A DNA stretch of 32,000 nt, taken from the NCBI RefSeq assembly GCF_000014785.1, contig NC_008340.1, forward strand, positions 1,200,001 through 1,232,000, written 5' to 3'. Below the pieces are notes generated by a model that did not search any database, had not been told where the DNA came from, and saw only the letters and a list, made by a program, of their open reading frames with translations. This stretch comes from Alkalilimnicola ehrlichii MLHE-1. GTDB taxonomy: Bacteria > Pseudomonadota > Gammaproteobacteria > Nitrococcales > Halorhodospiraceae. Positions 1-12,000 of this stretch are shown one piece after another. The first letter of the stretch is position 1, and the number at the start of each line of letters is the position of its first letter. The position numbers and the translations under genes were made by a program.

Positions 1-3000
1 AGGCGCTGGTGCCGGAGGGGCTGGAAGAGGTCGCCGAGTCGGCCATCGACAGCGGACTGGAGGCCGTCGACGACGAGCTCGACAACCAGGATCTGCCGGA
101 CTTCGGGCTTGGGCTCGGTCTGGTGGACGCCTCGGCCATCGTCACCCTGGAGGACGGTGCGGAACTGGACGCGGGCGGGAACGTGAACATCCATGCCGAG
201 GCGCAGCGCACCGCCCGCGCCGAGGCGCATGCCGACGGCGACGGCCTCGGTGGCGCCTTCGCCCTGGCCTCGATCAGCGGGCAGACCGCGGTCACCGTGG
301 AAGAGGGCGCGAGCATTGTGGCCGGCGGTGACATCGACCTGCGCGCGGCCAGTCACAATGAATTGGTGGCCGAGGCCGTCACCGAGGTGGGCGACGGTTT
401 TGACGTCGGCCTGGGCGGCAGTGTGGCCCTGGGCTTCCTACAGTCGGAGCCGGAGGATGGCGGCACCACCGTCCAGGTGCAGGAGGGGGCGACCCTCGCC
501 GCCGGGGGCGATCTCGGCCTGTCGGCGTTCACGGAACACGATGTCACCGTCGACGCCACCACCACGCTCGGCAGCGGGGGCGAGGCGGCTTTTGGCGCCA
601 CGGTGGCCTACCTGGGTCTGGACTGGACCACCCGCACGCTGCTCACCGGCGGGGCGGTCGCCGACGACACCGTTGAACCCCCCGTGGGCATCGTCGCCGG
701 CGGTGACCTGCGGATGGTGGCGCGCACCGACCAGGCGATCCACACCGGGGCCTCGGTGGAGACCACCGGCGACATCAGTGTGGGGCTGGCGGCGGCGGTG
801 GCCGAGTTGAACAACACCACCCGCGTGGTCCTGGACGGTACGGTGCGGGCGGGCGGGGACGCGACCCTGCTGGCGGAATCCATCACCCGGGCGCAGCACA
901 CCGTGGCCACCACCCGGGCCGCGGAGGACGCTGACAATAACGGCGGTAATGGCAACGACGGACCGGACGAGGCCGCCGACGATCAAGGCACCTCCGACTA
1001 CGTGGCCGGTCTGGTCGGTGACGTGGATACCGGCGAGCCGGAGGAGACCCCGGGTGCCGGTGGCAATGGCGGCCTGGCCCTGGATATCGGGGCGGCGGTG
1101 GCCTACACCGATGCCCGGGACAGCGCCAGCACCACCCTCGGAGGCAATACCCAGCTGTTGCCACCCGCCGGCCCGCTGGGACCGGGTGGCCAGGTGGCCA
1201 TCGTCTCCCGCCGGCAGTTGGACAATCTCTCCACCCGCGCCCGCTCCGGCACCGAGGCCACCGGCCCGGACGGTGACGACGGGGCCAACAGCATCAACGC
1301 GGCGGTCAGTTACGCCCGGCTTGACCAGATCGCCCGTACCGAGATCGCCGACGGTGCCCGCATCGAGGCCGGGCGCATCGGCGTTGGCGCCGAGGTGGAT
1401 CTGCCCGCACGGGTGGCGTGGGGTGACGAGGACAACGAGGACGGGCCGGGCGGGCTGGACGACATTGCGGGCGCTGACAGCGATGATCTGGACGACTGGT
1501 TGACCAGCGAGGCCAGCACGTCGTCGGAGACCGGCGGCACGGTGAATATCGCCGGGGCGGTGAACCTGCTGGACCTGACCGCCACTGCCGAGGCGCTGGT
1601 GGGCACTGGTGACGATCCCACCGATGTGACCACCCTGCACGCGGTGGGTGATGGCGGTGACTGGGAAACCGAGCTGGGCGGTGACACCACCTGGCACTGG
1701 GACGATGCCGTTGCCGTGGCGGCCCGCAGCCGGGTGGAGACCGTGGACGTGGCGGGGCAGGCGGCGGCCGCCGGCACCGTGGGTGTTGGTGGCGGCGTCA
1801 ACTGGCACCTGCGGGAGAGCACCGCCCGGGCGCGCCTGGCCGGCAGCGCGGATATCAGCGCCGACACCGGCGGCGTGTCGGTGTCCGCCGATCGTCGGGA
1901 CAGGGCCATCGTGCTCACCCCGATAGCCGGAGAGTCTGATGGTGGTGCCGTTGGCCTGGGGGCGTCGGTGGCCTATGCCCGTATCGACGGGACCAGCCAG
2001 GCGCAGCTCGACGAGGGCGCCATGGTCGCCGCCGGCGGTGCCCTGGCGGTCACCGCTGGCGGCGACCTGCATGCCGAGATCCTGACCGCCAGCAAAACCA
2101 GCGGCGACGCCACCGCCGGGATCGCCGGCACGGTGGCCTTCGCTGACATCTCCCTGGATACCACCGCCGCAGTCCACGGCCAGCCCGTGGACAATGCCCT
2201 GGAGGTGGGCGACCTGTACCTCCACGCCCTCGACCTGCAGGACTACCAGGTGCAGGCCTCGGCGGAGGCCCAGGGCGATGTCGCCATCGGCCTGGCCGGC
2301 GCGGTACTGGATACCGAGGCCGGCACCCGGGCCCTGCTGTACCGGGATGTCACCACCGACGGCGACGTGGTGCTGATCGCCGACTCCGAGACCACCGGGC
2401 GCGGCGTGGCCGCGAGCACCCGGGCCGAAACCGGGGAGGCGGGTGACAACGGCAACGGAGAGAACAATACCGGCGACGATCGCGACCTCAACACCGTCGA
2501 CTTTGTCCAGCAGCGGGGCGAGCGCGGCAACGAGGGGGTCGATGACGGCCTGCAGGACGTGGCCGGGGACCCCGGTGCCGGCCAGTCGGAAGAGGCCGGC
2601 TTCGACGTCAATGTCGGCGCGGCGGTCGCGTTTACCGGTGCCGACGACTCGGCCGGGGCGCACATCGGCGAGGCGGTGACCATCAGCGGCCCGGGCGGGG
2701 GTGCCGCGGGTGACGTGGCCGTGCTCGCGCGGCGCGCCGAGAGCGGCTATCGCGGGCGCGCCCAGACCGAGGTGGAGACGGCCCCCGAGGATGACGGCGT
2801 CGGTGTCGGGGTCGGCGCCGCACTCACCCTGACCTTCATGGACAACAGCGCGGAGGCACTTATCGGCGCCTCGGCGGTGGTTGACGCCCATCGCGTCGGG
2901 GTGGCCGCGGACGTCATCCTGCCGGACCACTTTGAGGGGCCTGCCTGGGACGGTCTCGAGACCCTCCGCGACCTGGCTCAGGACGACGACGATGAGCTGA

Positions 3001-6000
3001 CCTACGACGAGGCGGAGTCCAATCTGCTGGACATGGCCGACGGTTGGCTCACCACCTATGCCAACGCCGCGGCCGAATCGGAGGACGGGGTCTTCGACGG
3101 CGCCGCCGCCGTCAACTTCGCCCGCTACAACGTCAACGCCGACGCCTGGATCGGTGAGGGCGCCGAGGTGACGGCCGGCGGCACGGCTGGCGATACCGGC
3201 TGGAGCACCGAGCTGCGCCCGGCGCAGGACAATGGCGATCCGGCCCTGAGCCGTCGGTGGAACGAGGCGATCACCGTCAGCGCCGGGGCCGATGTCCGCA
3301 CCATCGACGTCGCCGGCAACGTCGGTGGCCTGCTCACCGCCGGCGTCGCCGGGGACGCCACCGTGGGCATCGGCGCCGGTTTCGCCTGGTTGGAGCGCGG
3401 CGGCCACGTCAGCGCCGGTATCGCCGACCACGCGGTGGTGAGCGCCAGCCACGGGCAGGGCACCATTGGCGTGCACGCCGAGCGCTTCGACCAGTCCATC
3501 GGCATTGCACCCAGTTCCGGCCACGGGGCCAGCTTCGCCGGCAACGGTACGGTGGTGGTCAACCGCCTGGACACCGATACCGTGGCCGCGGTGAGCCACG
3601 CGGCGGCGGTCGACGCCGCGGCACTGACCGTCAGCGCCGGCCGCGATCTGCGCTGGTGGTCGGTGGCCGGTTCCATCACCCTGGCCGAAAGTGTCGCTGT
3701 CGGCGTCGGCATCTCTGTCAACGAACTGCGGACCGATACCCGGGCCGTGATCGGCGATGTGGCCGGTCTCCGCCCGGCGATGGCCGGCGGCGGGGACGTC
3801 ACCGAGCTGGATGACACCGAACAGGGGATTACCGCCGACCAGGTCACCGTGGCCGCACGCAGCGATGGCCTGGTGGGCAGTGCCTCCATCGCCGGCGGCG
3901 CCGCCGGTGAGACCGGCGAGCCGCCGGCCACCGACAACTGGACCGACTCCGGGCTGACCAATGACGTGATTGGTGTCACCTCCGATCGCACCGAAGGGGC
4001 GGAAGCCCCCGAGGATGAGACCATCGCCGAGGCCGTGCAGAGCGGGACCGGCGAGCCAGCCGGGGCGCTGGATGAGCAGGAGGCGTCGGCGGACGACCTG
4101 GACGAGGACGGCGACCTTGCCAACCCGGACCCCACCCAGCCCGACCTGGAGACCTTCCCCGACGAGGGTGCGGACATCCCGGACGCGGGCGCCGATGCCG
4201 ACAGCGAGGAGACGGACCTGGGCGTCGCCGTGGCGGGGTCGGCCTCGGTCAACCTCAGCAGTCTGAACACCACGGCGCTCATCGAGGACGTGTCGCTGGC
4301 GGCGCGCGATGCCGACACCACCGACGTTACCGCCAGCGCGGTGGCCGCCGTTGACACCATCGCCGTCAGCGGCTCCGGGGCCCTGGTGCTGGGCGGTAAC
4401 AGCAGCGACCCTCAGGTGGCCATCGCCGGCACCGTGGGCGTCAATCTGCTCGGCGACCACACCCGGGCGCGGCTGGTGGACACCCGGATCGAGCAACCCG
4501 GCCAGGTGACGGTGGAGGCCCTTCGCGACGGTGAGTTGATCAGCGTCGGCATGGGGTTGGCGATCACCGCCAGTGGCTCCACCAAGGCCGCCGCCGTGGC
4601 CGGTTCCGTCTCCCTCAGCGACATCAGTAATGAGACCGCGGCCACCATCGAGGGCGGCACCATCGGCGACCCCGGGAGCGATCCCGAACCCGACGACGGG
4701 AGCGGGGTGCAGGTGCTGGCCTATGACCGCTCCAGCATCGGGACCGGTGGGGGTTCGCTGTTCGGCGGCAAGGGCGGTGGCTTCGGCGCCGCGGTGACTC
4801 TGGCCCAGGTGCGTAACACCATCGATGCGGGCATTCTCGGTACGCGCATCACCGACGTGGCCGAGGTGACCGTGGATGCCCTCAGCGCCACCCGCATCAT
4901 CAGTGCCGGCGCGGTGCTGGGTTACGGCGGAAAAGGGGCGGTGGGCGGCGCGGTGGTGTTGAACCGCATCGGCAACACCACCAAGGCCGCGATCGCCGAC
5001 CGGGACGACGGCGACGACGTGGAACGCGCGGAGATCACCGCCAATGAGCGGGTGCGGGTGCGGGCGCGCAGCGCCAGTGACGATGAACGCGTGGCGCTGG
5101 ACGACCGCATCGATGCCGCCGGTGGCGGTCACGTTTACAACTTCAGTGGTGAGGGCACCGCGCTGGCCGAGCCCGAGGCCGAAGGTGATCGCGACTGGGG
5201 CGATGACAGCTACGAAACCGGCGGCGATGAGTTCGCCGGCGAGGGCGGCGACCAGGCGGAGATCGACAGCGGCTACGATGACGCCGCCGAGGATGCCCGC
5301 TTCGACGGTGGCCCGCTGGAGGGTGATGCCATTGTCGGTGTGGCCGGCAGCATCAGCGCGAGCGGCAAGGCCAGCATCGGGCTGGCCTTCAGTGGCAACC
5401 AGATCGACAACGACTACATCGCCGAGGTGCGCGGCGCCCGGATCGACGGCGTGGATGGCGAGCTGAGCGTCGATGCCGCCGACCGGTCGCGGGTCATCGG
5501 CCTGGGGGTGGGCGGCGGCGCCTCGGGCAAGGTGGCCATCGCGGGCTCCGGCGCCGCCAATCTGATCGGTGGCGAGGCGCGTGCCACCATCGGCGGCAGC
5601 CGTGCGCAGGCGGACGACGGCCCGGTCCACCTGGCGGAGATCGACGCCGGGGCGGTGAATCTCGGCGCCGATCGCGGTAGCCGCATCGATGCCCTGGCCG
5701 GCAACGTCGCCTTCTCCGGCAAGGCCGGCATCGGTGCCGCCGTGGCCTACAACGCCATCGACACCGCGGTGGCGGCCGAGATCAACCACGCCGATCTCGC
5801 GCTGTCCGGGGGCGACCTGAGCATCGACGCCGGCAGCTCTTCCGACATCTACGGGGTGGCCGTCTCCGGCGGGGGCGGTGGCAAGGTGGCGCTCAACGGC
5901 AGTGCCATCATCAACTTCATCGATCTCGATGTCAGCGCCGGGCTGGGCAGCAGCCGGGTGCGCGACACGGGTGCCGTGCGAATCACCGCCGGCGACCATG

Positions 6001-9000
6001 GCGCCGGTGGCCAGGCCGCCATCTGGAGCCTGGCGGGAGCCATCAACGGTGCCGGCAAGGTCGCGCTGGGTGCGGCGGTGGCCTACAACGAGATCGAATC
6101 CCGCTTTGCCGCGGACATCACCGGCGCCGACATCGAAGCGCTGGGCCCGGTGGATGTGACCGCAGAGGTCAGCGGTGACATCAACACCCTGGGCGCCGCC
6201 GGCGGAGGCGCCGGCAAGGTGGCCCTGGGGGGCGCCGCCACCGTGAGCCGGATCGACAACACCGTCACCGCAAGCCTGACCGGGAGCCGGCTTTACGCCC
6301 CGGCGGCGCTGGTCACCGTGGCGGCGTCGCAGGATAGCCGTATCCGCGCCCTGGGCGCTGCCATTCAGGGTGGCGGCAAGGTGGGCGGGGGCGCGGCAGT
6401 GACCGTTAACCAGATCGGCTCCGGGGTGACTGCCGAGGTGACCGGCGGTGCGCCCGGTCTGCCGGCCGCCATCGATGATCCCGCCGGCGGCGGCGACGCC
6501 GAGGCCCACTACCATCTCGGTCACCTGGTGGTGGATGCCCGCTCGGACAACGAGATTCAGACCATCGCCGCCGGTGCCGCCGCCGGGGGTGTCGGCGGCG
6601 TGGCCGGTTCGGTCTCCACCAACCTGTTCGGCAACCGGACCAAGGCGCGGATCGCCGACGGTGCCGACGTGCTGGCCGAGGGCCACGTGCTGGTGGACGC
6701 CGCCAGCAGCGACAACGTGGCGTTGGTGGCCGGCAGCCTCGGCTTCGGCGGCAAGGCCTTTGGCGCTGCGGGCACCGTCGCGGTCAATATCGTGGAGAGC
6801 GAGACCCACGCCTGGATCGGCGGTGAGGACCCCGGCGACGCCACCGTGGTGGTCGCCCGGGCGCAACAGCCGGGCACGGTCAGTGGCCGTGACCACCGGT
6901 TGCACGCCATCCCCGGGCTGGTGGACAAGTCCGACGGCGAGAACACGTTTGATGACGAGGACGGTGTCGAGATCTACGACAGCGAGGTCGACGACGCCGC
7001 CGAGGACCGCGACGGCACCGGGGGCGGTAGCACCGGAGGCTTCTCGGTGGAGGACGAGGCGGGCGATTACCTGCTCAGCCGCCTGGTCCGGGATGATGAT
7101 CGCGGGGTGGACGGCGTCCGGGTGAGTGCCCGCTCCGATCAGACCACCAGCGCCGCCCTGGCCACCGCCGGCATCTCCGCCAACGTGGTGAAGGGCGGGG
7201 TGGGGTTGGCCGCCACCGCGTTGGTCAACCGCATCGCCGGCGAGACCACCGCCGGTATCCGCAACAGCGAGGTCAGCTCGGAGACCGATGTGGCGGTCTC
7301 TGCCGGAGGGCATGTGCATACCCGCGGCCTGGTCATCGGCGCTGCCCTGGGCAGTGTCGGTGCCTCCGGTGCGGCGGTGGTGGATGTGGTCACCCGCCGG
7401 ACCCGCGCCGGGATCGACGACGCCACGGTGACCGCCGGGGGGCGGATCGACGTGGACGCCGCCGGTTCTCAGAGCACCAGCGGCCTGGCCATCGGGGCCT
7501 CCGGCGGCACCTACGCCAGCCTGGCCGGCGGCGGGGTGGTCAGCCGGCTGGGGGCGCAGACCCTGGCGGAGGTCACCGGCAGTCGCCTGGAGGCGGGCGA
7601 CGTGGGCGTGCAGGCGGACAGCGACACCGGGGTGACGATGCTCACCGGCACCGTCTCGGTGGGTGCCGCGGCCGCCGCCGGCTCCTTCAACGTGGCGGTG
7701 GTGGACGCCGTCACCGTGGCCCGCATCGCCGACAGCGATCAGGACCGTTCCCGGCTCTCGGTGGAGGGCGAGGTGGACGTGGCTGCGGAGTCGTTGAACC
7801 GCTTCGGAACCATTGCCGCCAGCGGTGCCGCCGGCGGCACGGCCATTGCCGGCACCCTGGGCCTGAGCCTGCAACAGAGCGTCACCCAGGCCCGGATCGA
7901 GGGCGCGGCCATCGGCCAGGGGGACGACGATGTCCCCGCGCAGGTTAACGTCCGCGCCCGCGACCACCTGGAGGTGGGGGCCTTTGCCGGTGGTGCCTCC
8001 CTGGGCATGGGGATGGGCCTGGGGGCCGCCGCCAATGTCTTCAGCGGCCAGGCCTCCGTCCTCGCCGAGGTCAGAGACGGCGCGGCGATCGAGGCCGGCG
8101 CGGTGTCGGTCTCCGCCGAGCGCAGTGCCGAGCTGAGCCTGTATACCGCCACCCTGGGTGCCGGCCAGACCGGCTTCAGCGCCGGGGTCGGCGTGATCCT
8201 CCTGGGGGTGGGCGCCGGCGAGGTGACGCCCACCCGGGGCGAGGATGATATCGCCGAAGACGACGTGGAGGGCGGTCTCGAGCGGGAGCTCAATGGCAAC
8301 GGCGGCGGCACTCTGGACACCGCCAATACCTTCGCCAACTTCAGTTTCGAGGGGGATCCGGACAATGACGCCAACACCGAGGACGATGTCGGCGGCAGCC
8401 TCAGCGACGATCAGCGGGACAGCCTGGAGAGCGACCTCGAGTTCAACCTGACCGAGTCGGTGATCGATGGCGATGACCACCAGACGGTGGCCCGCATCGA
8501 TGCCAGCGATCTCCGCGCCGACCGGGTGGACGTGACCGCCGATGACCGGGTGGCCACCCGCAACTACGTGGGCTCCGGTGCGTTGGGGGGTGTCGGCTTC
8601 GGCGCCGCGGTGGGCTTCACCCGGGTGGGTAACGGGGTGGTGGCCGAAATCGGGGGTGACGGCACCCTGGATGTCGGCGAGCTCACCATCCGAGCCGGTC
8701 ACGACGACCTTGGTGGTGGCACTGCGGCGGAGACCCGCGCCTGGGCCGGGGCCGCAGGCGGCATCGGCCTGGCCGCCGCCTATGCCGATGCCGATGTGAC
8801 CACCGGGGTGCGTGCCACCCTGGGCCCGGTGAACCTCCAGCGCGACGCGGCCGACGACGCCGGCGTCGAGCTCACCATCGACGCCTTCGACCACGGCGGG
8901 ACCTATGCCGAGACCATCGGCGTGGCCGCGGGCTTCGTGGCCGGTGTGGGGGCGGCGATCTCCCGCGCGGCGCGAACCTCCACGGTAATCGCCGAGGTGG

Positions 9001-12000
9001 CCGACGACACCGCCGTCGGCAGTGACGACGAGGATTCGGCGGACTTCGATCTCTCCCTCAGCGCCGTCTCCGACGGTGGCGTGGCGGTCGATGGCATCGC
9101 CCTCGGGGCCGGCGTGGTGGGCGGCGGCGCCGCCGCCCTGGCGCTGGGCGAGGAGCGCTCGACGGTGCAGGCGCGCGTGGGCAACGGCGCTGACCTGCGG
9201 CTGGGCGACGGCGCGCTGACCCTGGATGCCCTGGCCCGGCCGGATGTGACCGCGGACGGGGTCGGGGTGGCGGCAGCGGTGACCGGGGCCATCGCTGCGG
9301 CGGTTTCCCGCGCCTACTCTTCGGCCACCGTTGAAGCGGCCGTCGGTGACTTAGACGGCCCCGGTGGCGCCGCGGTGCAGGCGCGCGCGGTGGATGTCCG
9401 GGCACGCAGCCTGCCGGTGGGCAGCTACGGTGCCGAGGCCGAGGCCATCGCGGGGAGTATCGCCAAGGGCGTGGCGGTCTCCGGGTCCTTCGCCTTCGCC
9501 ACCGACACCGCCACCGTAAACGCCGGCCTGGGGCCGGGGGCGGACCTGACCCTGGGCGGCGACGGGCTGTCGGTGTGGGCCGAGGCCGATCCCGCGGCCC
9601 GGGCCCGGACCCACGCCCGCACCTTCGCCGGCGGGGTCGCCTTCGGTGCCAACCTCTCGCAGGCCGCGTCCAATGCCGAGGTGGCAGCGGTGGTGGGTGA
9701 CCAGGCCTCGGTGCGGCTGGCCGACGGGGTGGACGAGGCCGATTTCACCATCCGCGCCATCGCCAATGACGACGGCAGTCGTACCGCCTACGCCACCGGC
9801 GCGGTGAGCGGTGGCGCGCTGCTGGTGTCCGCCAACGGCGGCTATGCCCGGGCCTATGAGCAGACGGCGGTGGACGCCCGCATCGGCACCGGCGCGACCC
9901 TGGACGCCGGTGCCGGTGAGGTGCGGCTGGGCGCCGACGCCACGCCCCACGCCCGGGCCGTGCTCGCCAGCCAGTCTTACGGTGGCGCGTTGGCCATCGG
10001 GGCCGCCATTACCGACGCCCGGGTGGCGGCCGACGTGACCGCTGCCATCGGTGACGGAACCGCCATTCTGGGCGGCGGTGACTTGACGGTGCACGCCCAC
10101 GTCGCCCGCCCGGCGGGTGCCGACAGTGCCTTTGCCCGCTCCGAGGCCAGCAGCGGCGCGCTGGCATCGGCCAATGCGGCCCTGGCGGAGGCCCGCAATC
10201 ACGCCCGGTCGCGGGCGCTGACCGGGGCCGGTGTCACCCTGCCCGGTGGCGTGGTGAGCCTGCGGGCGGAGAACCACAGCCGGCAGCACGGCCACAGTGC
10301 GTCGGAATCCTACGGCGCCTTCGCGGCCGGGATGACCGTGACCCGGGTGGAGTCCGACACCCTGACCCACGCCATCCTCGGCACCGACAACCAGGCCAGC
10401 GACAACGATGATCGGCCGGACGTGGTGGATGTCACCACCAACGCCAGCAGCCACGACCACGGCTTTGGCCAGACTGCCACCGGGGGCGCCATCGACGGGG
10501 CCGCGGCGGAGGTGCATACCTTCAGCACCGCCGATAACCGGGCCCAGGTGCTGGGCCACCACAGCGACCCGCTGCAAGTGGGTGTGCTGAATGTCCGGGC
10601 GCTGCAGGACACCCGCTTCTCCGGCGTGGTGGACACCAGCCGCGCGTCGGTGGCCGGTGCCAGTGGTGCCCGCCTGTACCATAACGCCAACCGGGTCACG
10701 GGCATCGTCAACGTCGACGAGGAGCGGGAGGCCTTCTACGGGGAAACCAGTGTAGTGGAGGCCGGGATCGGCGACCACGCCGATATCCGCGCCCTCTACG
10801 TGGACGTGATCGCCGAGCAGGCGGTGGAGCGCGTCGCCGACGCCGGTAACGACATCCGGGTTGCGGGCGGCGGGGTGCTGGGTGCCTCCGCCGGCCGCGG
10901 CGCCACGTATATTGAGACGATCACCCGGGCGGGTATCGGCACCGGGGCCACGGTCAACGTGGAGCTGGACCTGCTGGTCCGCGCCATCGAGGCGATCACC
11001 GCCGAACAGGTCGCCCGTCTGAACACCGGCAACGCCATCGATATCGCCCGGGCCGAGTCGGTGATGCACACCGATCACCAGAACGACGTGATCATCGGCG
11101 GAAACGCCAACATCACCGCCGGTGGCGATGTGGTGCTCTCCAACGCCACCGAGTTGGACCTGGTGGCTCATACCCGCGCCCGCACCTCCGGGGTGGCCAG
11201 TTTCGCCCGCGGCAACAGCGAGGCGGAGGCCGATGTGCGTGAGGGGATCACCGTGGGCAACGGCGCGCGGCTGGCCTCCGCCGGCAACGTGGTCATGCGC
11301 ACCGGCCTGGGCGACGGCGGTTTGCCGGCTCGCAAGGGCGTGGAGGCCGATACCTACCTGTACAACAAGGGGGCCCTGCCGCTGGAGAACGACCCTCGCG
11401 TGCATGCGGACCTGGTGGTGGACAGCCGTATCGACGTGGCCGACAACGCCGTGGTCGAGGCCGGACAGGACGCCTATCTGATCGCGCCCGTGGGTTTCCG
11501 GTACCGGGCCCGGGGCGAGGGCGAGGGCCAGGACATCTACCGGCGCGCCGCCGAGTCCATCGCCAACTTCTTCCGCCGGCTGGTCCGTGCCGATGAGGTC
11601 TCGCTGGCGAAGGAGGTGCGTAGCGAGGACCTGGTCCGGGGTAGCACCATCACCATCGACGGCCAGGTGGTGGGCGCCGGCGGCATGCACCAATACCTGT
11701 GGGTGCGCCAGGGCGACGATGACGACGAACGCATCCTGGCCAGCCCGGGTGTCGGCTACTTCTTCGAGGAACGCGACGTGCGCGGTGACCTGGAGGCGCT
11801 GGTCGGTGCCTACCGGGATCTGCTGGGGGAATACGTGGAGCCGGATCCGGACGATCCGGAGGGCTCCGGTCTGCTGTTCTGGCGCGCCGCCGCCCAGATC
11901 GAGACCCTCGCCGGCCGCCTGGCTGCCCTGGGGGATGAGGATGACGGGCCCTATGACGGCGGCCGGGCGGTGCCCTTCATCGAGGTGGAGGACATCACCG

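Noticed and set aside
438-8894. A 2,818-aa ORF on the minus strand, antisense to the giant gene.
   Set aside because: It is codon-aligned with the plus-strand frame (both have codon starts divisible by 3). It would acquire a stop only where the sense frame uses TTA, CTA or TCA, which are rare in this GC-rich coding style. Its translation is His/Arg/Gly/Pro-rich with no motifs. The plus frame continues unbroken for 17 kb and is coupled to tpsB. This is a classic shadow ORF.
1-11500. RTX-type calcium-binding repeats, given the high Gly/Asp content.
   Set aside because: I saw no tandem GGxGxDxUx nonapeptides. The periodicity is ~54 aa, not 9 aa. The coupled TpsB also points to type V rather than type I secretion.
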